A DNA stretch of 64,000 bases from Vicugna vicugna (lineage: Eukaryota). This document shows, piece after piece, positions 1-13,329 of the stretch (the stretch's first letter is position 1; each line of letters starts with the position of its first letter). The stretch spans positions 37,145 through 101,144 of the forward strand of contig MU058010.1 of the NCBI GenBank assembly GCA_013265495.1, in the 5' to 3' direction. Below the pieces are notes generated by a model. It searched no databases. It was not told the DNA's origin and saw only the letters and a list, made by a program, of their open reading frames with translations. Position numbers and translations under genes: made by a program.

Positions 1-403
1 GAATGTCATTCTAAGTGAAGTAAGCCAGAAAGAGAAAGAAAAATACCATATGAGATCGCTCATATGCGGAATCTAAAAAACAAAAACAAACAAACAAACA
101 AAAACAAAGCATAAATACAGGACAGAAATAGACTCATGGACAGAGAATACAGACTTGTGGTTACCAGGGGGATAGAGGGTGGGAAGGGATAGACTGGGAT
201 TTCAAAATTGTAGAATAGATAAACAAGATTACACTGTATAGCACAGGGAAATATACACAAAATGTTATGATAAATCACAGAGAAAAAAATGTGACAAGGA
301 GTGTGTATATGTCCATGAATGACTGAAAAATTGTGCTGAACCCTGGAATTTGACACAACATTGTAAAATGATTATAAATCAATAAAAAAATGTTTAAAAA
401 AAA
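1..403 (+). mobile_element. L1 3' end (same young family as 15614-22750), truncated by the window edge
   Basis: High similarity to the reverse complement of ~15620-16010. AATAAA followed by poly(A) ending at ~403. Confidence 0.9.
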
Positions 404-1475
404 AGAATTTGGGGTTTAGAGAGATTATATGATTTACCCAAGGTCACTCAGCTAGCTAGTAAATGGTCTAAAAGGAATAGGAATCCCCTACAGTTGGATC
501 CCAGGTCTGAGCACTTGACTGCGTATGGTACCACAGTAGATTCAAGGGAGATGGAGGAGCAGCATAACTCAATTCAGGGGCTGAGAGATAGCAAAAGGTG
601 AAGAAAATTTGCTCGTTTCCTTGTAGGGTTCTTTTAGGGCTTGCTTCTTAGCATTCATCTATGCACTGAAATACTTTTTGTTTCCATGTATAATGCAAAA
701 TTCATTCTCTACATCTCTAAAATTTTATTGTGTGCCTTATGTAATCATTTGTATAAGGTCAAATTTGCATAAGTCAAGTGTGGAATAAGCCAGTGAGCAT
801 CTGGACATCTTTATGAGTAACAAAATAGAAATGGAAAGGAGAAAGACGGGAAGGATAGTTTTTTTTATTTGGAGCCTTGGAGAGGAATGATCATAGGGAA
901 TAAAGAAGTAGGGATGGAGAGGAAAATAGAAAATACAGGAAATGAACCCAGCTGAAGGGGAGACGTTAACTCTTACTTAGTTATAAAAGTGCATGGGCTA
1001 GCCTGGACCCTACTCACTTCTTTTTCTCTCTCTTTCTTCCTTACTCCCTCCTCTTCTTGCTTTCCTCCCTTCCTTCCTTTCTTCCTGGTTTTATTATTAA
1101 GCTCGTTCAGATTCTCAGGAATATAAACATGCTCAGGGCATCTCGTCTATGGTAGCTATTTGTAAGGATATTGATGCAAATAAGGAAGGTAAGGAAGTAA
1201 AGAAAAACAGGAGAAAGTGCAGCATTTAAACCACCAGGCCTTGGGGACAATAGACCTCCGTTCACAGAGGCAGACCTCAAGGAGAATGGTTCAGCTGCTC
1301 ACACTGCCATATCTCATCTAGTGTCTCTCTCTCAGCTTCTACTTCTCTTGCCACTATGGATTCTACTTACTCTCTTTTTACCTCGTGGCGTTTTCTTACT
1401 CTTGGCTTCTACTGCCTCGTGGCTTTGTCTTTCTACTATATATATCACAGAATGAGTCTAGTTCACTCACTCTTT

Positions 1476-2082
1476 TGAGACAAGAAGGAAGGGAGCAGGA
1501 CACAGCCATGAAAGGGATGACACAGCATTTAACACCAAGATGGCAGAAAAGTCAACTTCCAATAGACCATGAGGCCCAAGATGGCCTCCAGGGGATGTGG
1601 AGCTACATCATACACATTGTAATATGTTAGCATGGTGGATGACACACCCACTGGTGCCATGACAGTTCCAAAGCTAACCATGAAAGGTCAAAAAGAGGGC
1701 CATGGTCCAATTCCTAGGAATCCCTGCCCTTTCCCAAAAGTAGTTGGAATAATCGTCCCACTTTAGCATGTAAAAACTAGCAACACTGCGCCTCTTGGCC
1801 TCTCTTGCTCCCTTACTTTCCGAGACAGCCCGCACTCTGTCTATAGAGTGTGTATCTACTTTTACTTTAAACTAAACACCCAACTCCTCACCTCTTGGCC
1901 TTTCTCTTGCCTTCTGAGATGGCCTGCATTCTGTCTATGGAGTGTACACCTCTCTAAATAAATCTACTGTTACTCAACGATGGCTCACTCTTGAATTATT
2001 TCCTGAGTGAAGCCAAGGACCCACACACGACTGAGACCTGGGACATGGCCATCCTCTCATCCCTCTACTTTTTCTTGTATCA
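1476..2082 (+). mobile_element. Solo ERV1 LTR, MER41-like
   Basis: TG...CA termini, 4-bp TSD CTTT (1472-1475 / 2083-2086), AATAAA at ~1957. Blocks cacccactggtgccatgacagtt and gcattctgtctatggagt resemble MER41 LTRs as recalled. Confidence 0.8.
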
Positions 2083-4023
2083 CTTTTATTCAAGAATATT
2101 TAGCATGAATTAGACACCTCTCTTATATGTTCCCTTGACACCCATTTCTTCCCTGTATTGAATACATTTTAGCACACCTGACCAGTTCACAAGAATCCAC
2201 TTAACTATCCCTTCTACCCTCTTGTGGACCCAACAGTCATTTTGTACAACATGATCCCACTCGCCTATCTGCCAGACCAGACCTGAGATCAGCCAATCAG
2301 AGTTTCTTCTCTGTCAATTTGAAATAGTAGCTAAGAGAATGAGACAGGCTGTCCAGGTGGCTGGGCCTCTAACTTGCACCACTTGGCTGTCTTTCTCTTT
2401 GCCTACTCATACACTCTGTTTTTTCACTCTAAACCAGGCAGAATTCAGTTCTCTATCACTAGTTTCCATTAAAAATGCCTGGTCCTCCCAAGCATCTTTT
2501 AATTTTTGTCATCTCCGTTATTAATGAAGTGAAGGGTAGAGAGCATATTCAATCTCTCCTCTCCTCCCTCTCCTTCCTAACTCTGTCTTTCTCTTGGGTC
2601 ACATTCATTCTTTCTGTTTTACACATAGAGTTTACAGCAATCGGCTTCCACAACTTGGGCTTGCCCTGAGGGCTCCCCTACTCAGCCTATCAACATCTCA
2701 AAGTGCTACTTCAAACTAGATATTCCTCCTGAGAGAAATTCTGGTCGCTCTAACTATCTTTCTCAGATAGGTTTGTGCTTGGAAGCTATGACCAGCTTTA
2801 TAACTGTGCCCATATGCTTTAGAACAGCGCTCAGACTGGGGAACAGTCTTCAGGAAAAAAATAAAGAGAAGCAGAGAGGAGAGTGAGAAAGACAACTCTT
2901 CTGGATGGACATGTCTCTCCATGTCCTGCCCTTGTCCTCTCTACGGTCAGGCTGCATTCCTCCCTTGGGTTCTGTGAAATAGCCCATTACCTAATAATCC
3001 CCTTGTTCGCTCAGATTAGCCAGGCTGTCACTTGTCACCCAGTAACTCTAATTAAATACTTTTCTATCAGAAAAGCAGCACTTCTTATCATCATTGCCAG
3101 ATATTTTTTCTATGCTTTCCACTTGATTAAAAGCTTCTTAAGGGCAAGGACTGCATTTGTCTGGCTCACTATTTTATTCCCAGCACTTAACATGTTTCCT
3201 GGACACTTAATAAATGTATTTTGAATGACTCTACAGTTATTGATTGCCAACTGCATATCAAGCACTATTTTATGCACTGCAGTTATAAAGATGAAAGACA
3301 TGATCCCTGACCTCACACTGCTTAGAGTCTAGATTCCATCCAAATCAGTCCAGCTCTGCTTCTACTTTAAGTGTCCCTTGTATTAGGATGCTTTGAGTTT
3401 AAGTGAAGGTGGCAGGGTTGGCTTAAGTGATCAAATCTCACAAGGGGTAGAGATTAAAACTGGGCCATGGAAATAGCTAGAACCAGGGGAAAATGTGGTC
3501 AGGACTTTCCTCCCTCCCTTGTCTCTATCTGTGAGTTGACTTCACCGTGCCAGACTTATTTCCTCCTGAATATGGGAGAGTATCCACCAGCAGTTTTAAC
3601 ACTTACACATTATTCCAGCTTTATCATGATTTTCCATGTTTCCAATATGAGAAACCCTGGGGAGGCCTTCCAGTTGGGTCAGATTGTGTTAAGGGTAATT
3701 CTCTGGACCAATCACTGGGGAGAGAAGGCACCGGTGATGTTTTTTGGATAGAAGAGTGTTTAATTAGGGTTACTGGGTGACAAGTGACAGCCTGGCTAAT
3801 CTAAACTAACAAGGGAATCATTAGGCATTATTTTAATTTGTTTCCATCCCTACACCAATCACAACCAGCAAGATCTGTAGGATGGTGACATGTTCCAATC
3901 TTAACCACATAAATGGGGCATGACCAGAAGGGGAGTGGAAACTCTTCCAGGAAGACAAAACAATAGATGTCTGCCTACTTTATCCCCTTAGTCTCACATG
4001 CATTCACTCCTTTCCCTGACTTT

Positions 4024-4227
4024 TTTCTTTATTTTTATTTATTTATTTATTTATTTGTTTGTTTATTTATTTATTTATTTATTTAATTGAAGTATAGTTG
4101 GTTTACAATGTTGTGTTAATTTCTGGTGTACAGCATAGTGAATCAGTTTTATATTCTTTTTCATTATAGGCTATTACAAGATATTGAATATAGTCCCCTG
4201 TGCTATACAGTGAGACCTTTTTGTTTA
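4024..4227 (-). mobile_element. Short 5'-truncated L1 with (TTTA)n tail
   Basis: Perfect 16-bp TSD tcctttccctgacttt (4008-4023 / 4228-4243). Confidence 0.88.
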
Positions 4228-4957
4228 TCCTTTCCCTGACTTTATTTAACAAATACCTATCAAATATTCATTTAGTGAGAAGCATTGTGCTAGGTTATTA
4301 GACTAAGAATTTACATTTTATATATCAAAATTAATTTTTTAAAGGAAAGCAAACATCTTGCCTTAATCCCTACCATCATAACCCAGTCTTTCCTGCATTT
4401 ATTTTTCAGAGTCACAGCATAGCCAAACCTTCAAGCCCTGGTTTGTTTGGACCATCCCAGTGCACATGAATCAGGTGACTTTATCTTTTGTTCCTATCCT
4501 TGCTTCCCCTAATCTGTCAGGCAGCCCTGAATCTGTACTATCAGGCTTGTTTGTTCTACTTCTCTACTCTTTTATCATGGTTCCATTAACTCACATCCAA
4601 GGGTGTCAAGAGAATAAATAGCCCAATAAAACAAAAAAAATATACTTCCAGATTTAAAAAGAAAGAAACATACAAGAAATACATAAATCATACCATATGA
4701 CAATAGCCTAGAAGATTGCACGGGAGGATCTTGGTGTTTTCTGTAGAAGAAAAGAAAAATGGAATTTCCATGCTTTGCATCAGCACTTGACAGCTGTAGA
4801 TGCAGAAAATATGTGCCTCCAATCTCCCCATTAGGTTTACTGGGCACAAAAAGGAGGATGGGCATCAGGAATGATTTTGCCTGAAATAAGCGTAATTCCA
4901 CAGAGGATGACCACACATCTTCTCTAGTAATCATCTTACAGTCAAGAATAATTTAGT

Positions 4958-5106
4958 GGGGAGGGTATAGCTTAAGTGGTAGAGTACATGCTTAGCATGC
5001 ATGAGGTCCTGGGTTCAATCCCCACTACTTCCTCTGAGAATAAATAAATACTAAATAAACCTAATTACCTCCCCCCCACCAAATAATTAATTACTTAATT
5101 AATTAA
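4958..5106 (+). mobile_element. tRNA-Ala-derived SINE (Vic-1 type)
   Basis: GGGGAGGGTATAGCT..AGTGGTAGAG...TTAGCAT...GGTTCAATCCCC head with Pol III A/B boxes, AT-rich tail, TSD-like aagaataattta / aagaaaaattta. Confidence 0.88.
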
Positions 5107-6266
5107 AAGAAAAATTTAAACATGACCCTCACCTACATTTTGTGTAAGAAATTCCTAATCATGAACATTTCCTCCTCCTGGTCCCTTACAACCTGAGCTT
5201 GGCATGCTTACTTCTTATCATGTAGTGTCACACCTGTATAATGGACACTCACGTCTCAATGAACTCTTCCCAGATAAACTGAAGGTTCTAGTCCAAGAGT
5301 AATAACACCTGGTTCACAGGTTTCTAAGAGCTCAAATAAAGATAAATTTGTTAGCCTGACCTAAATGCTCTCTGGATCTCAAATTAATCTAATGTTATCT
5401 GACATTTGGCATTTTCTCTATCTAAACCTAAAAGACCACTATTTTGTCAGGGTCTCATCACTCTTTTTCCAGAAATCATTGCTATATTGCCTCCCTGCCC
5501 TTCCCTGCTGCTTCAGTGGGGTACACTGTGAGCTCCAAATGAAGCCTCCAGATTCAAGAAGAACATAATTCAAAATCATTCTGTATCAAATGTTTGGTTC
5601 TTGTAGTCAATGCTGATGTAAGGCTAAGCCTAACATCTAAGGGGAAAATTTTTTTTTTTTAAGATTTTCTCCATGACTCGAATTAGAAATAAATTATATT
5701 AGCATTTAAAAATGCACTTTAGAGTTCTCAATTTAGACTTAAACTCAGTTTTACAGTTGAGGAAACTCAGATTCCAAGAACTAATTTCCCCAAGGTCACA
5801 CAGAGCTTGATGAGTGCTAACTTATGCTAGAACATAATTTTATTTCTACCTTAATTATGGAGAAAATGAAACTATTTAACTGTTCAAAATATGTTCGGTA
5901 CATTTTAATATGTTTAGTTACGACAAACAAAGACAAGTTTTTCTGTCAACAAAAAGCTGGATTGGAGAGCAGCCAACAAGCTTACCTGTCAGCTTCTATA
6001 GATTCACAAGTTAGTAATTGCTTTACCTTTCTAGGAAATAAAAATTCTTTACACCAAGCTCTGAGAGAGACAAGGCAATGCAGAGGGAGAGAGGAACCGC
6101 TGAGAAGATCACCAGCTGTAGATGCAGAAAACGTGTGCCCCCAATCTCCCCATTAGGTTTAAGAACAGATATATACACTAATATTATTACTGCCATGAGT
6201 ATTTAACATAGTCTAGCTTCCGATGCCTTCTCAGACAAACTCTAAGATGTGGTTTATAGCTTTTAG

Positions 6267-6907
6267 TGTTAGAGCAGGCAGATAGTTAGATATGAGCAGA
6301 GAAAGAGGGGACACAGACCAAATGGCAGGAATTGGGCAGAAAGGAGGGGCACAAGCCAAATGCGGGAAAACATACCTCATGTAAGCACCAGGGGTCCCTA
6401 GGCAGAGAAGGAAAAACAAGAATCTTTGGGCTGATACGGGGCCACACATTTTGGCTTCGAGACTAACAAAGAAAGATGAGAAAAGGTAGGAATTTCCAGT
6501 GTCCAAATGTAACCTTTTGCTCATTATGCCCTCATTTCAATAAAATTAGCCTTTCAGGTCAGAAGTACCCATCAGGCACTGACACCATGACACTTCTAAT
6601 CCAGACTAAATGAGGACAAAAATCCCTCCTCCCTTTGGGAAGGTGGAGTTGGGATGATAATCAGGAAATACTACCCCAAGGCCTTCCCTTCTCAATGAAT
6701 ATTCCGCCCATTCATTTTTACACCCTGTGTAACTAACTTGTCAGAGAAAGTCAGGACAGCCACTCAGCTGAGCCTACCCACTCTCCCCTTGAGACTGTAC
6801 TATGCATCCTTTAATAAATCCTCACTTTACTGTTTTTAACCCCTACATCTTGTCTCTGAATTCTTTCTGTCACGGGGCAAGAACCTGGAACATCGGTTAC
6901 GGGAACA
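6267..6907 (+). mobile_element. Solo ERV1 LTR
   Basis: TGTTAG...GGAACA termini, 4-bp TSD TTAG (6263-6266 / 6908-6911), AATAAA at ~6813. Confidence 0.85.
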
Positions 6908-8483
6908 TTAGGCATCGATTCTCCTTTTCCAACCAAAGCTTGTCTGCTGTTGTCTGGAAGCCTGGTGTTTGAAAACAGCAGCTTGCTGACAGCTAAGATG
7001 GAAACAAAGGCTTTTCCGTATCACTCCCCCATGAACCTAACCCGATCTGCCTGAAACAGGCACAATGGCTTTAAGGTGGGACAGGGCAGACCACTGGAAT
7101 CACATTGTGTGTGCCTCAAACCCTCAAGTCCAAAGGGCAGTGTGATCACTGTGTGCTCCCTGGAAACCCTCCCAGGCTTGCAATTTCCCTTGTTCGCCAC
7201 TTTGGCCAGGTGGCCCACCCTTCTCCTTTCTGGCTCTGTCTGCCCTCTCCACAGGATTACCATACAATGCTATAGATTTTCCCAAACATCTGCCCATTTT
7301 ATTTATTCAGAAGCAACGGCTCTCCAGCTGACTACATCTGACCTCCTATCAGGACCAAGTGTTCTTAGGGAAATTCTTTTTTTTATTATTCTAAACTTTT
7401 CCCTTTAAGATAGTTTATTTAATCATGCATTTGTTTAACTTCAGAGTGAAATTTAAATAAAAGGAAATTCATTAGTCTATGTTCTGCAGGGGGCAGATTA
7501 AAGGAATTGTCCATCCAGTGCCAGTGCCAGTGCCACACAGCACTGAGACAGAATGGATTCTAGCAACAGGCACAATATGAAAGAGTAAATGCTGAATAAT
7601 TCCATATTCGTCAAGTTCAAAACCAGCAAACCTAAGCCTACGGTGATACAGGTCAGATAGTGGTTGCCTTTGGCGGGGTATCAACTATGAGTGGTACCAA
7701 GAGCCTGCTGGTACTGCCAGGAAAGTTCTTTCTTGGTCTGGGTAGTGGCAAAATTAACTTATATAAATATCCATCCAGTTGTAGACTTGAATTATGTACT
7801 TTACTATATTTAAATATGTATGCAATGTGCTTTCATTTTAAAAATTATAAAAATGTTATATCTCTACTTTTAAAAAATTTTTGTTTAAAAATTCAGTAAT
7901 GTGCTCCAGTCTCTGATTTATATAAAGAGCACTCCTCAAGGTCACCATTCCTATAATTATACGTTTCCTTCTCATGGTGCACAAAGTTTGTTGTCCTAGC
8001 TTTGAACAGTGGGGGGCCCGTGCTCCCCCGACCCCCACCCCCAGCTTGGTTGCTCCTACAGGAGACAATGTTGGCCAGGCTGTCTGCAGAGAATGTGGGC
8101 TCCCCACCTCCCTACACTCGGCTACGTTTTCCAGTGTTGCTGTGATCGTCTGATGTTTCTCTTGGTCAGAATCCTCTTCTAGACATCCATAGTATCCACA
8201 CATCTTTCTAGATATGCCAGACATAACCAAAAGAACCCTCAGAAATCCTCCTTCAAGTATTTAAATGATATTTTAAATATAATGGCATTACACTACCAAA
8301 GAACATTGTGGTTGAGTGGGATTCTAATGATTCTGGGCTAACTTGGTTTCCTGTGTCCATGTTCTTTGTTGATCCTTGTCTATATGTATAAATAATTAAA
8401 AAGATAAAATCACATCATATTGGCATTAAAAACAGGCACATACATCAAAAGAACAGAATAGAAAGTCTTTCCAATCTGGATGC

Positions 8484-8632
8484 TTTTTTGTTTGCTTGTT
8501 TTGTTTTCTTTTGGGGGAAGAAGGGGGACTGTAAGTATGTATGTATGTATTTTAATAGAGGTACTGGGGATTGAACCCAGGACCTGATGCATGCTAAGCA
8601 CTAGCTATACCACCAAGCTATACTCTCCTCCC
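8484..8632 (-). mobile_element. tRNA-Ala-derived SINE (Vic-1 type)
   Basis: Reverse complement of the same head, with flanks tggatgcttttt / tggatgacttttt. Confidence 0.85.
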
Positions 8633-8639
8633 TTGGATG

Positions 8640-9220
8640 ACTTTTATTTCATTTTCTTGCCTACTTGCTCTAACTAGTACCTCTAGTACAATGTTGACTT
8701 GAAGTGGTAAGAGCGGATATTCTTATATTATTCCTGATCTTGGGGGAATGCATCTGGTTTTCTACTAATATGATGTTAACTCTGGGTTTTTAGAAATGGC
8801 CTATATTAGGTTGAGGGAGTTCCCTTTTATTTTCAGTTTATTTCATGAAATGTTTTTGGATGTTGTCAAATGCTTTTTCTGTTTCTATTGAGATGATCAT
8901 TTTTTTTCCTTCATTGCATTAATACAGTATATTACATTGATTGATTTTTGAATATTGAATTACACGCATTCTTGGGATAAATCCTACTTGTCATGGTGTG
9001 TTATATTTTTATACGTTGCAGTATTTAGTTTGCTAGTATTTTGTTGAAGATTTATTCATCTGTATTCATAAGAGATATTGATTTGCAGTTCTCTTGTAAT
9101 GTTTTTGTCTGGTTTTTGTGTCATAGAATAAGTCAGGAAGGTTTCCCTCTTCTATTTTTTAGAAGAGTTTGTGAAGGATTAATGTTAATTCTCCTTTAAA
9201 TATTTGGTAGAATTCACCAA
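8640..9220 (-). mobile_element. Old L1 ORF2 (RT region) fragment
   Basis: Diverged match to the RT segment of the full-length L1 (tcaaatgctttttctg...attgagatgatc). Confidence 0.75.
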
Positions 9221-10030
9221 CATATAATTCCTTTTACACATTTAAATGGTATGGTATTACAACATTATTTTAGCTTGTATTTCTTTGCTAACCAGCAAGG
9301 TTAAATATTTTCCCATATGTTTGCCTGCTAATTTTCTCTGTAAATATGTATTGTTTGTTCATATTCTTTGCTTGTTTTCATATTGAGTTCTTTGTGTTTT
9401 TCTTATCAATTTTAAGGAGATTTTTAAAATAGTGACCCTCAGAACATTATATTTTAATCTAGTAATCTTTCAATGTCCAGAAATATTAATGTATTTTAGG
9501 TATAGAGAGGATAAGTCAGGTTTGAGAACAACTTCTGCTTACAATAATTTTCTCACAATTCCATCCTGTTGGCATACAAAATTATTCCATATTTAAAAAA
9601 AAATTTATCTTCTTGAAGAAGTATTTGTTTTTACTCTGCCAAGCTAGTCATACATATGACATATCAGATCCATAAGGTTTTATCCTTCCTCTGAGTTCTT
9701 GCTAATGGTTCCATTTGGTGAGTCTGACAGAACCATGCCTACATGCTCAGTTCAACATCTAACTCAACTTTCCTAGGAACATTTTTACCACAGGAAAATA
9801 TTGAAATGGGAACCAAACAAGTTAACCAATATGTAAATTGAAAAATTAATTCTGCTTACCATTCTAATAAAAAGCTAACAGAGGACTTGTTGAGTACTCT
9901 ATGGTGTCAAACATTTGATTAAGAAGACCAGTTGGCACAAGTTCTGCTTAGAGGATTTTAAGCTAAAATGTCATTCCCTACAAGCCTATCACAATTCTTG
10001 GACATCCACCATTAGAAATGTATTCTTTGC

Positions 10031-10152
10031 AGGAGAAGGTATAGCTCAGTGGTAGAATGCATGCTTAGCATGCACAAGGTCCTGGGTTCAATCCCCAGTA
10101 CCTCCATTAAAAATAAACAAACAAACAAACTTAATTATCCCACCCCCAAAAA
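10031..10152 (+). mobile_element. tRNA-Ala-derived SINE (Vic-1 type)
   Basis: Same head. TSD agaaatgtattctttg / agaaatatattctttg. Confidence 0.88.
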
Positions 10153-13100
10153 AGAAATATATTCTTTGTGATTAGATCTGGAAAAGACTTATTCCGTATA
10201 TATTTTGTGTGGGTTATGTGTGTGTGTAAGGGTAAGTGGATGTGGGTGTGTGAGTATAAATGAAGGAAAAGTGGACAAAACACACAGAGGCACGAAGGTG
10301 CATTTTTGCTGGCACAGAATAGGAACCAAATCACTCTTAAAGTCAGCCTTGAGAAAGCAATTTAGACTAGCTGGTGTAGATTTTGCTTGACTCTGCACTA
10401 TCACTGGAAACAAAACTGCCATTTGTGTTAGGAGATTTTTATCTCCTATTCTATTCTTTTGTCACTTTAGACACACACAGTTAGTTATTCAAAGTCTTTT
10501 CATTCTAAACCTATAGAAATAATATATATGCTGACTACATGGAAGGTGAGAAAAGAAGTTTGTTTGTTTTAATCATTCTTGTGTTTTCCATTCCTCTTTG
10601 GTCCATTTCTCCTGATCATAAATTGTTACTATTTCTATACTTTTTATTCCTTTGAGAAGTATCCCTACAGAATATACATCTTTATGTGCAATTTAATATA
10701 GTTATCTACAGAAGCTTGATAGACAATATATTAAATAAAATTCTCCTTTTTCCCCCTAAGAGATCATTCTCATTCTATTTTTTGAACTAGACAAGGCTGC
10801 AGGCTCTATCATTTATGTCTGCATGATCTTTGTACAAACTGCCTAACCTCTCTCTGTTTCCCTACTCTTAGTAGAATGACAACTTTCGAGATTGCTCAGA
10901 TGTTCTACCAAGCTTTTGCTCCAGCCATCTTAGCAGATGTAGCAAGAATAGAGGTCACTGTCCAAAGGGCCGATAAAAGGCAGCATAAGACATAGGAACA
11001 TCTTCAAGGACCAAACCCAGTTCTCTCTGCTGCGCAGATGACTCATAGCCCTTGCCCATTAACTGAAAAATCAACCTGGGTGAAGGGTAGGAGAAAAGAG
11101 AGAGGGAAAATCCTAAAGTGCTGTGACTATGTAAAGCCATGGGTAACCACGAAAACATGGGAGTGACTGAGTCCACCATGAACTGGCCAGATTGACTTTT
11201 CTCCATTAACCTGCAGTTGTGAGGCTCCTTCCTTAGAGGCTGATAAGTCTGATAAATACTACTAGCCTAGTCTCTTCAATCACAGCTGGATCCAGTTGAA
11301 AGAATAACTGGAAGAATTGGGGAGGAGGGTTTAAGGACTGTTTCTGTAGCCTTTCTCCTTATTATTATATTCTTCATGGAAATCGTATCTGTTATTAGAT
11401 TCTAAGTGTTGACATTGACACTTAGACATCTGCTTCCTTTTGAAGTGGACAAATTTCTGATTCCCTGCTTGAAAACTTTTCTCCAACCTTAAGTCATCAT
11501 TTATGGTTGACCTACTGCTAATGGAAATATTCTACCCAAAGTCCAGGAAAAATGTACCCTTTACTCACTTTACATAGTCAGCAAATTATGAAAGTATCTA
11601 CAATCCTGACTAAGTGTATCAACACTGCAAATAACTGCAACTAGGTCATCAGAACCTGAAATAGATAATAAGCATTACCATTAGTGAGAGCCCATGGAGC
11701 AGAGCTCAAGAGTTAGGTTTTCATACAAAGTAAAGGCTTCTAAAAGCCTAACATAGGAAACTGCTTATCAGCTCTTTACATCCAGTGACATGGATATGTT
11801 TTATTCATCTAGGGAGTACACACTGATGCTGGGAAGGGAGCACTTCCCTCCCCATAGACAACTTTCTTATCACCATTAGCGATGAAGCTTCCGATAAGAG
11901 TCAACACTGTGCATTCACATTATCTCTGTCGACAACTGTGAGCCCTTCTCAGCACATCAGCAAGAGCAGGAAGATGAGGAGCAAATGAAAGCCTGAAAAC
12001 AACTTAAAAATGGAAGCACCTCATTTCTCATGGAGTTTAATTAAACTGGAAAGTTCTCCCTAAGTTTGATGCAAATTCATCTGGCAGCAAAGCCTGAGCT
12101 GATACAAGACGGTTTAAAGACTATTTATCCTCCTTAGTATGAATATTCATTCACTTTTCTGCAGAAATAACAATGTGTTTAATTACAAGGCACAGACCTG
12201 TTGGGGATGTCACATTATGTATCAGCACATTACATAAGTTATATGCATTAATTTACCTTCTTAAAACATTTCTGAATTCTAAAATACTTGTGGCCTCAAA
12301 GGTTTTAGATAAGGAAGTATGAATTTGTAATCATTTTTCAAACTTGGTTATACAGAATTATTCTAAACACATTTATTTCATATGGCAATATACTTGGTTC
12401 ATATTCCTGATTCTTATAATATTTCTCATCTTAACCAGAGTACTATATAATTAATGAAAGCTAAGCACTTAACATGATGTGTATTCACATATATAAACAC
12501 ACATATATGTTTATGTGTATACATGTTCACACACACAGAACTGCTATGGTAAACACCTTGGATGCAGTAAACACAGGTTTATAATTGATACTTTCACTCA
12601 ACAGTCTTTCTCAGAAGCAAAGCTTAAACCAAGAGCCCTGGCTCTTTAACTCCTTAAGAAGGAGTGCTACTGGAGTGTCTGGTTTTGAAGAGGCTATCTT
12701 TAAGCAGAGAACTCACAGATATCTCCCCAAATTGCTGAATATCTTAAAGGAAGCTGATATTCATACTGGAAATCAATTTATCTATATATGGTTCAAAAAG
12801 CTTGTATGTGACATCCACAGCTACTCTCTTCAGTCACAGCTGGATCTAGTTTGCAAGCATTTCTTCTTGATTACATTGCAGGAATAGCCTAGGTTTATGT
12901 TTTTCAAAGAACTGTAATATATATTCTCTACGTTTGATTTTGCATAATAGGAGTATTAATATCCACATCAAGAGTTGTCTTGAGGATTAGATAACACATT
13001 GTATGTCAAGTCCAACGCATTCCATATGGTACCAATTTTCACCTGGTATCCTCAGTTTTCGGATGGGGCCCAGCAATTGTAGGTGGCTTGTCCAAGTTCA

Positions 13101-13201
13101 CACGACTAATATACTGGAAAACTGACACTTGATCTCATGTTACTGACAGTAAGTTCAATGTTCTTTCCATACCACTTCACTGTCTAAAATAAATGATACT
13201 A

Positions 13202-13329
13202 GGGGGAGGGTGTAGCTCAGTGGTAGAGCACATGCCCAGCACACATGAGGCCCTGGGTTCAATCTCCATGACCTCCATTAAATAAACAAATAAAAACCTA
13301 ATTACCACTCCCCCCAAGAAAATTAAATT
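13202..13329 (+). mobile_element. tRNA-Ala-derived SINE (Vic-1 type)
   Basis: Same head. Perfect 17-bp TSD taaaataaatgatacta. Confidence 0.9.

Noticed and set aside
10031..10105. tRNA-Ala(AGC) genes (here and at six similar sites)
   Set aside because: Each has a SINE tail, usually a TSD, and copy-specific mutations, so these are SINEs rather than tRNA genes.
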